Shown here piece by piece: positions 34,802 to 43,093 of a DNA stretch of 64,000 nucleotides (the first letter of the stretch is position 1; every line of letters starts with the position of its first letter). Source of the stretch: an uncultured Eubacteriales bacterium (lineage in GTDB: Bacteria > Bacillota > Clostridia > Oscillospirales > CAG-272). The notes under the pieces were generated by a model. That model was not told the DNA's origin. It made no database searches and was given only the letters and a program-made list of their open reading frames with translations. The position numbers and the translations under genes were made by a program. Where the stretch lies: positions 219 through 64,218 of the forward strand of contig CAKRPQ010000002.1 in NCBI GenBank assembly GCA_934385225.1. The letters run 5' to 3'.

Positions 34802-36598
34802 ATGAAAAAATACAACACGCTTATAATCGGAAGCGGCTGTGCGGGCTTCTGCGCGGCAAAACGACTTTTTGACCTCGGAATAACTGATATTGCCCTTGTT
34901 ACCGAAGGCATAAATATGGGAACGTCGCGAAACACGGGCAGCGACAAGCAGACCTACTATAAGCTGTCCCTATGCGGCTCGGACGGCGACAGCGTGCGCG
35001 AAATGGCGCAGACGCTCTTCGACGGCGGTGCCGTAAACGGCGACATTGCGCTTTCCGAGGCGGCTTCGTCCGTGCGTGCGTTTATGCACCTCGTGGAACT
35101 CGGTGTGCCTTTCCCGACAAACGAATACGGCGAATACGCGGGCTACAAGACAGACCACGATCCGAGAACAAGAGCGACCTCATGCGGTCCGCTCACCTCA
35201 AAATATATGACCGAAGCACTCGAAAAAGCTGTCCGCGCAAGAAACATCGAAATTATCGACGGGCTTCGCGTAATAAAAATCCTGACAGACGAGCAAGGCG
35301 GGAAAAGTGAGGTTTGCGGTCTTGCCGCGGTAAACGCGAGAGGCGATGTGACCACTCTCCAAAGCGAAAATGTGATCCTTGCGACGGGCGGTCCCGCGGG
35401 AATTTACGAAAACAGCGTCTATCCCGAAAGTCAGACGGGCGCGACGGGACTTGCGATCGAAGCAGGCGCGCTCTGCGCAAACCTTGAAGAGTGGCAGTAC
35501 GGGCTTGCAAGCACAAAGTTCCGCTGGAATCTGTCGGGGACGTACATGCAGGTTCTCCCGAAATTCTACTCTGTCGGAAGCGACGGGAAAAAACGCGAAT
35601 TTCTCTATGACGCGCTCGGCGAAAAATCGCTTGATATGATATTCTTAAAAGGATATCAATGGCCGTTTGACGTGCGTAAAACCGACGGCTCGTCGCGCGT
35701 CGACCTTCTCTGCGCCGCAGAAATAAAGGCGGGCAGACGCGTATTTATCGACTACACCCAAAATCCGACGGGACTTGACGACGATTTTTCTGTTCTCTCT
35801 GACGAGGCTCACTCATACCTCGAAAAATCGGGTGCTCTTTTCGGAACGCCGATAGAACGTCTTAAAAAAATGAATGCGGGAGCAATAGAGCTTTACGCCT
35901 CACACGATATCAACCTTTATAACGAGCCGCTCGAAGCCGCAATATGCGCCCAGCACTGCAACGGCGGCATCGATGTAGATGAAAACCGGCAGACCTTGGT
36001 CCGCGGTCTTTTCTGCATAGGAGAGGCGGCGGGAACATTCGGCGTTTACCGTCCGGGAGGCTCGGCGCTTAATTCCACGCAGGTCGGTGCGCTCCGCGCG
36101 GCGCAGTATATAGCCGAAAACAAAAAAACTGCCGACGCGCGCGCCGCCGAATTTTCTCTTCCCGAAATATCATACGGCGAATCGAATGTGCGTGAAAAAC
36201 TTCTCGAAATAAGACACGAAATGAGTCTTTTCGCCGATTTTGAGCGGAACACCGAAAAAATACGCGTACTGCTTGAACGTGACAAAGAACTGCTCGAAAA
36301 CTTCTTCCGTGAAGTCAGAATCGCGGGCAAACACGAGTTAACGGAGCTTTTTATCCTCCGCGACGCACTCACGACGCAGATAAGCGTTCTCTCGGCAATG
36401 CTTTTTTCGGGTGAGAACATCGGAAGTCACGGCTCGGCTTTCGTCGACGGTATGAAACCGACAAGCACCGAAAAACGCACCGAGCAGACGATAACGGAGT
36501 GTGATACATCGTATTTCAGACCCGTAAGACCGCTCCCCGACCCCGAACTCTGGTTTGAAACTCTGCTCGCAAGACAAAGAGAAAAAAATAAACAATAA
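34802..36598 (+). CDS. FAD-binding protein of the fumarate reductase / L-aspartate oxidase flavoprotein superfamily
   Basis: IIGSGCAGFCAA dinucleotide motif, ATGGPAG, and C-terminal GEAAGT..G. 598 aa. No signal peptide. Confidence 0.75.
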   Translation: MKKYNTLIIGSGCAGFCAAKRLFDLGITDIALVTEGINMGTSRNTGSDKQTYYKLSLCGSDGDSVREMAQTLFDGGAVNGDIALSEAASSVRAFMHLVELGVPFPTNEYGEYAGYKTDHDPRTRATSCGPLTSKYMTEALEKAVRARNIEIIDGLRVIKILTDEQGGKSEVCGLAAVNARGDVTTLQSENVILATGGPAGIYENSVYPESQTGATGLAIEAGALCANLEEWQYGLASTKFRWNLSGTYMQVLPKFYSVGSDGKKREFLYDALGEKSLDMIFLKGYQWPFDVRKTDGSSRVDLLCAAEIKAGRRVFIDYTQNPTGLDDDFSVLSDEAHSYLEKSGALFGTPIERLKKMNAGAIELYASHDINLYNEPLEAAICAQHCNGGIDVDENRQTLVRGLFCIGEAAGTFGVYRPGGSALNSTQVGALRAAQYIAENKKTADARAAEFSLPEISYGESNVREKLLEIRHEMSLFADFERNTEKIRVLLERDKELLENFFREVRIAGKHELTELFILRDALTTQISVLSAMLFSGENIGSHGSAFVDGMKPTSTEKRTEQTITECDTSYFRPVRPLPDPELWFETLLARQREKNKQ

Positions 36599-36610
36599 AA
36601 GGAGAATTTT

Positions 36611-38476
36611 ATGTTCACCGAATGGCTTCAAAAGAACAGCACGGACAATTTTTACTTTGACAGGATCGTCTACCCGAAAGCGTCCGACAGGGATTTTTGG
36701 GAGAATCTGCCCGAAAATACAAAAAAAGTCCTTATTGAAAACGCCGAAAAATACGTCGGCTTCGAATACCCGATTGTCAGAGCGACCGACTATCTCGCGT
36801 TTATCAGAACGGGCAACAGAACGATAGGAGAGGACAGATATTTTGCGCGCAGAACGGCGCTTCATTCGCTTCTCTGCGGGGAATGTACCGAACACAAGGG
36901 ACGCTTCCTTGACGACATAATAAACGGCGTTTTCGCGATATGCGAGGAATCATACTGGGGACTGCCCGCTCATGTAAATCAGACGATCGACAAAATCCTG
37001 CCGAACGCAAAAAAGCCCGGCATCGACCTTTTTTCCGCAGAGACAGCCGTTTCGCTCGCACTTGTGTACTATATGCTCTTTGGCGAGATAAACGCCGTCG
37101 TTCCCGAACTTCTCGGAAGGATCGAGAGGGAGACGGAGAAGAACATTTTCGAGCCGTTCCTCACGATGGATTTCTGGTGGATGGGCAACAACATAGGCGG
37201 TGCAGAGCGCGTCAACAACTGGAATCCGTGGATACTCTCCAACATTCTGACCGTTTATACGATAATGCAAAAGGACGAGAAAAAGAAAAAAGACGGCATT
37301 GCGCGCATTATGACGCTTGCCGAGAATTTTGTAAAAGGACACCCGACAGACGGCGGCTGCGACGAAGGGCCGTCATACTGGACCGAATCGAGCTGCGCTC
37401 TTTACGAAATTGCCGAACAACTGAATCTTACGACAAACGGCAAAATCAACTTTTACGGCGAACCGCTTCTCCGCAAAATGGCTGAATACATCGGTCACGT
37501 CTACATCGGCGGCGACTACTATGTGAATTTTGCCGACTCGCCCGCGCGCCTTAACAGCCTTGCCGCGCCCGTCGCGTTCAGATTTGCGAAAAACACGGGT
37601 CTTGACAGTCTCGCCGCACTTTCGGCGTCGCTTTACCGCAGGAAGAACTGCCTCGTCTCCGACGTAAAGCGCCTCAGGCGCTACATCATGGAGCTTATGG
37701 GCATAAAAGAGGAACTTCGATACGGCGGTACGTCCGCTCTCGAACACGAGAGCACCATGGAAAGCGTTCAGATAGTGACGGCAAGAGAGGGTACGGACGA
37801 AAAAGGCTTTTTCGTCGCCGTAAAGGGCGGTCACAACGCCGAATCGCACAATCACAACGACGTCGGGTCATACGTTGTCTACTACGACGGCGAGCCTCTC
37901 ATTATCGACGCGGGATCGGGCGAATACACAAGACAGCTTTTCTCGCCCGAACGAAAAAACATCTGGTTTGTGCGCTCCGAATGGCACAATCTGCCGTCCG
38001 TTGACGGCGGTGTACAGCTCGAAGGCAAAGAACACCGCGCAAAAGATTTTAGGTACGATTTTTCGGACGAAAAGGTGACAGTCTCGGCGGACATTGCCGC
38101 CGCATACGGATCGGAAACACTCGAAAAGCTCGGAAGAACGCTCGTATTCACGCGCGGAAGCGAGTCCGGCGTCACCGTCACGGACGTTTTCTCGTTCGGC
38201 GCGGACGGTATTCCCGTAACCGAAAATCTTCTCTTTATCGAAAGACCCGAAATATCGGACGGAAAAATCACGATATATACAAAGGGAAAGAAAAAATCTT
38301 TCACGCTTGACGTTTCGTGCGGAAGCGGGTATTCCGTCAGTCTTGAAGCGAAACCGATAGGCGGAATACGCAACTTTGAGCGTTCATGGGACGGCGGTGA
38401 GCTTACGCGCGCAAAATTCGACTTCACCGCGGCGCATAAAACTGTTTTCTCGGTTAAAATCACGAAAGAAAAATAA
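36611..38476 (+). CDS. Heparinase II/III-like family protein, cytoplasmic
   Basis: 621 aa. The block AESHNHNDVGSYVVYYDGEPLIIDAGSGEYT is typical of the heparinase II/III C-terminal domain, and the N-terminal region looks alpha/alpha-toroid-like. No signal peptide. Confidence 0.75.
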   Translation: MFTEWLQKNSTDNFYFDRIVYPKASDRDFWENLPENTKKVLIENAEKYVGFEYPIVRATDYLAFIRTGNRTIGEDRYFARRTALHSLLCGECTEHKGRFLDDIINGVFAICEESYWGLPAHVNQTIDKILPNAKKPGIDLFSAETAVSLALVYYMLFGEINAVVPELLGRIERETEKNIFEPFLTMDFWWMGNNIGGAERVNNWNPWILSNILTVYTIMQKDEKKKKDGIARIMTLAENFVKGHPTDGGCDEGPSYWTESSCALYEIAEQLNLTTNGKINFYGEPLLRKMAEYIGHVYIGGDYYVNFADSPARLNSLAAPVAFRFAKNTGLDSLAALSASLYRRKNCLVSDVKRLRRYIMELMGIKEELRYGGTSALEHESTMESVQIVTAREGTDEKGFFVAVKGGHNAESHNHNDVGSYVVYYDGEPLIIDAGSGEYTRQLFSPERKNIWFVRSEWHNLPSVDGGVQLEGKEHRAKDFRYDFSDEKVTVSADIAAAYGSETLEKLGRTLVFTRGSESGVTVTDVFSFGADGIPVTENLLFIERPEISDGKITIYTKGKKKSFTLDVSCGSGYSVSLEAKPIGGIRNFERSWDGGELTRAKFDFTAAHKTVFSVKITKEK

Positions 38477-38479
38477 AAT

Positions 38480-38502
38480 AAGGTCCGCCAAAGGCGGACC
38501 TT
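38480..38502. terminator. Bidirectional terminator hairpin (copy 1 of a repeated hairpin)
   Basis: AAGGTCCGCC-AAA-GGCGGACCTT, a 10-bp perfect stem flanked by AAAATAAAAT upstream and ATTTTATTT downstream. Confidence 0.8.
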
Positions 38503-38509
38503 ATTTTAT

Positions 38510-38926
38510 TTAATTAAAGAAATCATCATATATTTCCTTTAACAGCGCATCATTATGCAGGTCATGTCCTAATCTGTTCAGTTTTTCTATGGTCGATTTG
38601 TCGAGTTCTCTGTACAGTGCCTTTTCTCCGCTCAGTTCATAAAGCCTATGAACAATACGGTTCAGGTCATATTCATTCGAAAAAGAAGTCAAGCTGAATA
38701 TTGAAAAGCAGACATATGCGCGTTTTATGTTTTCTTCATTTACTTCTTCCGATTCCGACTTATTAAGATTATTGCACAGAAGCGAAAAATCGCTTCTAAA
38801 TACTCTGTCCGCCATTTTTATGTAGTCTCTCATTTTATTGCGTTCACGTAGTTGAACAACAACAAGCACGGCACATATAAAGGATACCGTGACAAGCGAG
38901 GCTGCCAATATTTTTTTCACGCGCAT
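38510..38926 (-). CDS. Hypothetical membrane-anchored protein (low-GC gene)
   Basis: 138-aa ORF with an N-terminal TM helix (ILAASLVTVSFICAVLVVV). I recognise no family. GC is clearly lower than in the neighbours. Confidence 0.55.
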   Translation of the reverse strand: MRVKKILAASLVTVSFICAVLVVVQLRERNKMRDYIKMADRVFRSDFSLLCNNLNKSESEEVNEENIKRAYVCFSIFSLTSFSNEYDLNRIVHRLYELSGEKALYRELDKSTIEKLNRLGHDLHNDALLKEIYDDFFN

Positions 38927-38972
38927 ACTTACAAATACCGCCTTTCCGATTTATTATATAAATTATATGTCA

Positions 38973-38999
38973 GAAAGGTTCGCCAAAGGCGAACCTTTC
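38973..38999. repeat. Hairpin copy 2 (probable abrB terminator)
   Basis: GAAAGGTTCGCC-AAA-GGCGAACCTTTC. The 23-nt core matches 38480..38502 at 21 of 23 positions, and the two differences preserve pairing. Confidence 0.7.
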
Positions 39000-39057
39000 C
39001 CGTTTTCTTTTGCGCCGCGCGTCATACGGGACGCGGACAGACGATATAATTAAACAG

Positions 39058-39303
39058 TCACTTAATTTGCTTCAACTTTTCAAGGCAGGCGGAACAGATA
39101 CGTTTTCCCTCAAAGTAAACGACCTCTTCGCCTCCGCCGCAGAAAATGCAGGCAGGCTGATATTTGGTGAGTATTATTCTCTCGCCGTCGGTGGAAATTT
39201 CAATGGAATCCTTTTCTTTGATATCAAGGATCTTTCTCATCTCCATCGGCAAAACCACTCTGCCGAGTTCGTCGATTTTACGAACAATTCCCGTGGATTT
39301 CAC
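39058..39303 (-). CDS. abrB: AbrB/SpoVT-type transition-state regulator
   Basis: MKSTGIVRKIDELGRVVLPMEMRKILDI is the AbrB swapped-hairpin N-domain. The C-terminus carries CIFCGG...CSAC cysteines. GTG start. Confidence 0.88.
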   Translation of the reverse strand: MKSTGIVRKIDELGRVVLPMEMRKILDIKEKDSIEISTDGERIILTKYQPACIFCGGGEEVVYFEGKRICSACLEKLKQIK

Positions 39304-39490
39304 TTTTTTACAAACCTCCCGTTTCCTTATATTTTTACATTTATTTCCAGTTGATAATTATATTATACATTCTTTTTGCGAATTGTCAAGGGTTTTCGGA
39401 AAAAAATTTGTATTTTGAAGAAAATTTTCTTTTCGTCCCGATATACACTGTCGACGCCCGTCGAAACGGGTCGTCATTAGTCCGTGAGCG

Positions 39491-39520
39491 CAGAACAAAG
39501 TCTAACAGAACAAAGTCTAA
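39491..39520 (+). repeat. Perfect 2 x 15-bp tandem direct repeat in the spmA leader
   Basis: CAGAACAAAGTCTAA occurs at 39491..39505 and again at 39506..39520. The repeat ends 16 nt upstream of the spmA ATG. Confidence 0.9.
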
Positions 39521-39536
39521 CGGAGATAAACAGAAT

Positions 39537-40145
39537 ATGCTCGGAAAAGTTTTCGGTCTCATGTGCGGTATTGCGTTCGTTTTCTCGTTTACAAACGGGA
39601 GCACGGGCGCGCTCTGCACGGCGATAACGGACGGCGCGTCGTCCGCCGTCACACTGACGCTTTCTCTTATCGGCAGCATGTGCCTCTGGTGCGGGATAAT
39701 GAGCGTCTTAAAAAAATCAGGCGCGGTCTCGTTCTTAACAAAACCGCTCATGCCGATAATAAAATTCTTTTTCCCGTCCGCAGGCTCGGGAAAAGGCCGC
39801 GAGGAAATCTCGGCAAGCATGGCTGCAAATCTCCTCGGAATGGGAAACGCGGCGACGCCTCTTGCGCTCGCGGCGATGAAAAAGCTCTGCGAGACGCACA
39901 CGGAAGGCGGCGGCTCGCGCGCCATTCCGTCGTCCGATATGATCTCTCTCGCCGTTCTCAACACCGCCGCGGCAAATCTTCTCCCGACTACTATCGTGGC
40001 TCTTCGCACGGCGGCAGGTTCTGATGACCCGTTCTCCGTCGTTCTGCCGATCTGGATCGTCTCCTTTTCGTGCGCGCTGTTTTCTCTTATCCTTACAAAA
40101 GCACTCGGCGCGTGCGACAAAAAAAGCGGGAGAAAAAAACAATGA
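39537..40145 (+). CDS. spmA: Spore maturation protein A (nucleoside-recognition-domain membrane protein)
   Basis: Membrane protein with the MAANLLGMGNAATPLALAAM motif. Start set at ATG 39537, which has GGAG upstream. It is paired with spmB. Confidence 0.85.
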   Translation: MLGKVFGLMCGIAFVFSFTNGSTGALCTAITDGASSAVTLTLSLIGSMCLWCGIMSVLKKSGAVSFLTKPLMPIIKFFFPSAGSGKGREEISASMAANLLGMGNAATPLALAAMKKLCETHTEGGGSRAIPSSDMISLAVLNTAAANLLPTTIVALRTAAGSDDPFSVVLPIWIVSFSCALFSLILTKALGACDKKSGRKKQ

Positions 40146-40681
40146 ACTTTACTTTTTTCGGCAAAGCTGCGGAAATTTCATTCCCTTTCGTCGTTTTTCT
40201 TGCCGCCCTCATAGTTTTCGCGGGCAAAAAGGCGGAGTTTTCGGACTTTATCGCAGGCGCGCGAGAGGGACTTGACACGGCAGTCGGGCTTCTTCCGTCG
40301 CTTGTCGCTCTCATTGTCGGCGTGAAAATGCTCACCGCGTCGGGCTTTATCGACTTTATCGCGTCGTTTTTCACGCCCGCTCTTTCGCGTGCGGGCGTCC
40401 CTGCGGAGCTGGTGCCTATGCTTTTCACAAGACCGTTTTCGGGAAGCGCGTCGAGCGCTGCTTTTGCGGAGCTTATGCAAAAATACGGTGCGGACAGCTT
40501 TCCCGCCCTCTGCGCCTCGGTTCTGATGGGCAGTTCCGACACGTTTGTGTATATAATCGGCGTTTATTTTTCGTCCGTCGGCGTGAAAAAGTCGCGCTAC
40601 GCGTTTCCCGCGGCTCTTGCGGTAATGATATTCTGCGTTTTTCTCTCATGCCTTGTCACGAGACTTTTTTTCGGTGAATAA
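40142..40681 (+). CDS. spmB: Spore maturation protein B
   Basis: ATG 40142 overlaps the spmA stop (ATGA). Membrane protein containing FTRPFSGSASSAAF. Confidence 0.85.
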   Translation: MNFTFFGKAAEISFPFVVFLAALIVFAGKKAEFSDFIAGAREGLDTAVGLLPSLVALIVGVKMLTASGFIDFIASFFTPALSRAGVPAELVPMLFTRPFSGSASSAAFAELMQKYGADSFPALCASVLMGSSDTFVYIIGVYFSSVGVKKSRYAFPAALAVMIFCVFLSCLVTRLFFGE

Positions 40682-40731
40682 AGCGTTTTCCGCGCGTCCA
40701 ATAATACGAAAAAGCGTTATGGAGGTGCGGT

Positions 40732-41001
40732 ATGCTTAAAGGTTGCCAGAAGCAGATGATAGTTCTTCACGGAACGGGAAGCGAAATTTTCGAAGAGGCG
40801 TATTTTGTGCTGAAAAAAGTGCCCGGCGGCAGCGTCGGAAAAAGCGCAATGCTCCTTGAAGCCAATCGCATAGTCGAAGAAAACAGAATAGGTATTCCGC
40901 GCAGAAAAAGCTCCTCCGATGCCGCAAAAGGACTGTTTTTCTTTATCGCAGGACTGCTCCTCGGCGCGGGACTTGTCCTCTTTTCCGTGCTCCTCACTTG
41001 A
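40732..41001 (+). CDS. Small hypothetical protein with a C-terminal TM anchor
   Basis: 89 aa. GGAGG lies 6 nt upstream. The C-terminal TM helix is LFFFIAGLLLGAGLVLFSVLL. Confidence 0.6.
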   Translation: MLKGCQKQMIVLHGTGSEIFEEAYFVLKKVPGGSVGKSAMLLEANRIVEENRIGIPRRKSSSDAAKGLFFFIAGLLLGAGLVLFSVLLT

Positions 41002-41026
41002 CAAACGGGAATAAACGTGGTATAAT
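40998..41026 (+). promoter_or_regulatory. Perfect-consensus sigma-A promoter of rnj
   Basis: TTGACA (40998..41003), a 17-nt spacer ending in TGG, then TATAAT (41021..41026). Confidence 0.75.
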
Positions 41027-41275
41027 ACGTCAAAAGTGCGTTTCGACCCGTGCGTTATCGGCGCGGGAAGAGGCGTACCGCGTCCGTTTTATATATAAAT
41101 CCGCACTTTCCCACTTAAAGGTCTGCGTGTGCGTTTTTGACAGACCGATGCAGGAAAGTTTTTTCGGTACGCCCGGGAGCGTTTCAAAAGGCGAACATAC
41201 ATAACGGAATATCTATTTTTTAGAGAAAGTCACGAAAAGAAGGAGACTCTTCTTTTTGTGCGGAAAGGACATTAA
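41027..41275 (+). promoter_or_regulatory. About 245-nt structured 5' leader of rnj
   Basis: Pairings found by eye: AAAGTGCG (41033..41040) with CGCACTTT (41102..41109); GGCGCGG (41060..41066) with CCGCGTC (41078..41084), followed by CGTTTT; GGTCTG (41120..41125) with CAGACC (41141..41146); AAAAGAAG (41235..41242) with CTTCTTTT (41249..41256). Confidence 0.5.
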
Positions 41276-42952
41276 ATGCAAAAAAAACAGTGCGGTAAAA
41301 TCCGCATAATACCGCTCGGCGGTCTTAACGAAATCGGAAAAAATATGACGGTCATAGAGTACGAAAACGATATTATCGTCGTCGACTGCGGTCTCGGTTT
41401 CCCCGACGAAGATATGCTCGGTGTTGACCTCGTCATTCCCGATATGACATATCTTGAAAAGAACAAGGACAGGATAAGGGGCGTATTCCTGACGCACGGT
41501 CACGAGGACCACATAGGTGCGATCCCGTATATGCTCAAAAATATAAATCCGCCCATATACGGTACAAAGCTCACCCTCGGAATAATCAAAAACAAGCTCG
41601 AAGAGCTTCGTCCGCCGCAGAAGCCCGATCTTCACTGCGTAAAGGCGGGCGACGTGATAAAGGCAGGCGAAATGACGGTCGAATTCATTCACGTCAACCA
41701 CTCTATCGCCGACGCCTGCTGTCTCGCGATCGGCACGCCGCTCGGATACGTCTTCCACACGGGCGACTTCAAGCTGGATCTGACGCCGATAGACGGCGAA
41801 ATGATGAACCTGACGAGAATAGGCGAGATCGGCAAAAAGGGAGTTCTGATGCTCCTCTGCGAATCGACAAACGCCGAGCGCCCCGGGTCAACACCGTCCG
41901 AAAAGGAAGTAGGAAAGTCGCTTGAACACATTTTTACGGCAAATCCCGACAAGAGGATCGTCATCGCCACGTTCTCGTCAAACGTCCACCGCGTTCAGCA
42001 GATAATAGACGTCAGCGCAAAGCACGGCAGAAAGGTCGCTATAACGGGACGCAGTATGCTCAACATCGTCGGCGCGGCGGTCGAACTCGGATATATGCAC
42101 GTTCCCGACGGCGTTCTCGTCGATATAGGCGAAATAAAGAGGTTCAGGCCGGAAGAGCTTACGCTCGTGACGACGGGAAGCCAGGGCGAGCCGATGTCGG
42201 CACTTTACAGAATGGCGTTCTCGGATCACGACAAAGTGAAGCTCGGCACAAGCGACCTCGTTATCCTCTCGGCAAGCGCAATACCCGGAAACGAAAAACT
42301 CGTCGGAAGAATAATCAACGAACTGACGAAAAAGGGCGTAAGCGTCCTGCACGACGCCGTTGTCGCCGTTCACGTTTCGGGACACGCCTGCCAGTCGGAG
42401 CTTATGCTCATACAGGCACTCACAAAGCCGAAATATTTTATGCCCGTTCACGGCGAATACCGCCACATGAACGCAAACAGAGAGCTTGCGCTCACAATGG
42501 GAATGAAGCCGCAGAACATTTTCATTTCGGACATCGGGAAAGTGCTTGAAATCGACCGCAAGGGCGCAAGGTGGAACGGCACCGTTCCCGCGGGCAACGT
42601 CCTCGTTGACGGTCTCGGAATCGGCGACGTCGGAAACATCGTTCTTCGCGACAGACGCCATCTCGCACAGGACGGACTTATAGTCGTCGTTGCCTCCGTT
42701 GACGCAGAGGACAGGCTTCTTATATCGGGACCCGATATTGTTTCGAGAGGATTTGTCTATGTACGCGAATCGGAAGCGCTTATGGACGAGGTGAAAGCTC
42801 TCGCGACAGACTGCATCATCGACTGCCTTGACAGCTCCGACGAATACGACAGAATGCAGCTCAAAACCTGCGTAAAGGACGAAATTTCAAAGTTCCTCTA
42901 CTCAAAAACCAAGCGCAAACCTATGATTCTCCCCGTTATAATGAATATTTAA
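41276..42952 (+). CDS. rnj: Ribonuclease J
   Basis: Metallo-beta-lactamase motif THGHEDHIG, followed by beta-CASP and C-terminal domains. 558 aa. Confidence 0.95.
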   Translation: MQKKQCGKIRIIPLGGLNEIGKNMTVIEYENDIIVVDCGLGFPDEDMLGVDLVIPDMTYLEKNKDRIRGVFLTHGHEDHIGAIPYMLKNINPPIYGTKLTLGIIKNKLEELRPPQKPDLHCVKAGDVIKAGEMTVEFIHVNHSIADACCLAIGTPLGYVFHTGDFKLDLTPIDGEMMNLTRIGEIGKKGVLMLLCESTNAERPGSTPSEKEVGKSLEHIFTANPDKRIVIATFSSNVHRVQQIIDVSAKHGRKVAITGRSMLNIVGAAVELGYMHVPDGVLVDIGEIKRFRPEELTLVTTGSQGEPMSALYRMAFSDHDKVKLGTSDLVILSASAIPGNEKLVGRIINELTKKGVSVLHDAVVAVHVSGHACQSELMLIQALTKPKYFMPVHGEYRHMNANRELALTMGMKPQNIFISDIGKVLEIDRKGARWNGTVPAGNVLVDGLGIGDVGNIVLRDRRHLAQDGLIVVVASVDAEDRLLISGPDIVSRGFVYVRESEALMDEVKALATDCIIDCLDSSDEYDRMQLKTCVKDEISKFLYSKTKRKPMILPVIMNI

Positions 42953-43093
42953 CCAAAAATGCACAAAAATTTTGTTTGCGTTCAAAAAAACTTCATAGAA
43001 CAAACACCAATAGAGGTTATAATATAGAAGTCTGTCCAAACAGGACGCATACACCTAAAAAAGAAATTAAAAGAAAAGGAACGGTATCCTTAA

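Noticed and set aside
31770-36598. The idea that the OYE, SDR and flavoprotein genes form a bile-acid 7-alpha-dehydroxylation (bai)-like operon.
   Set aside because: There is no baiB ligase, baiE dehydratase, baiF transferase or baiG transporter equivalent. The OYE protein lacks the C-terminal domain found in BaiCD/BaiH. A heparinase-like gene is part of the operon. Steroid metabolism cannot be excluded, but nothing here supports it.
40998-41204. A 68-aa ORF in the rnj leader, considered as a possible leader peptide.
   Set aside because: Its start is the TTG of the -35 hexamer, upstream of the predicted transcription start. It has no RBS.
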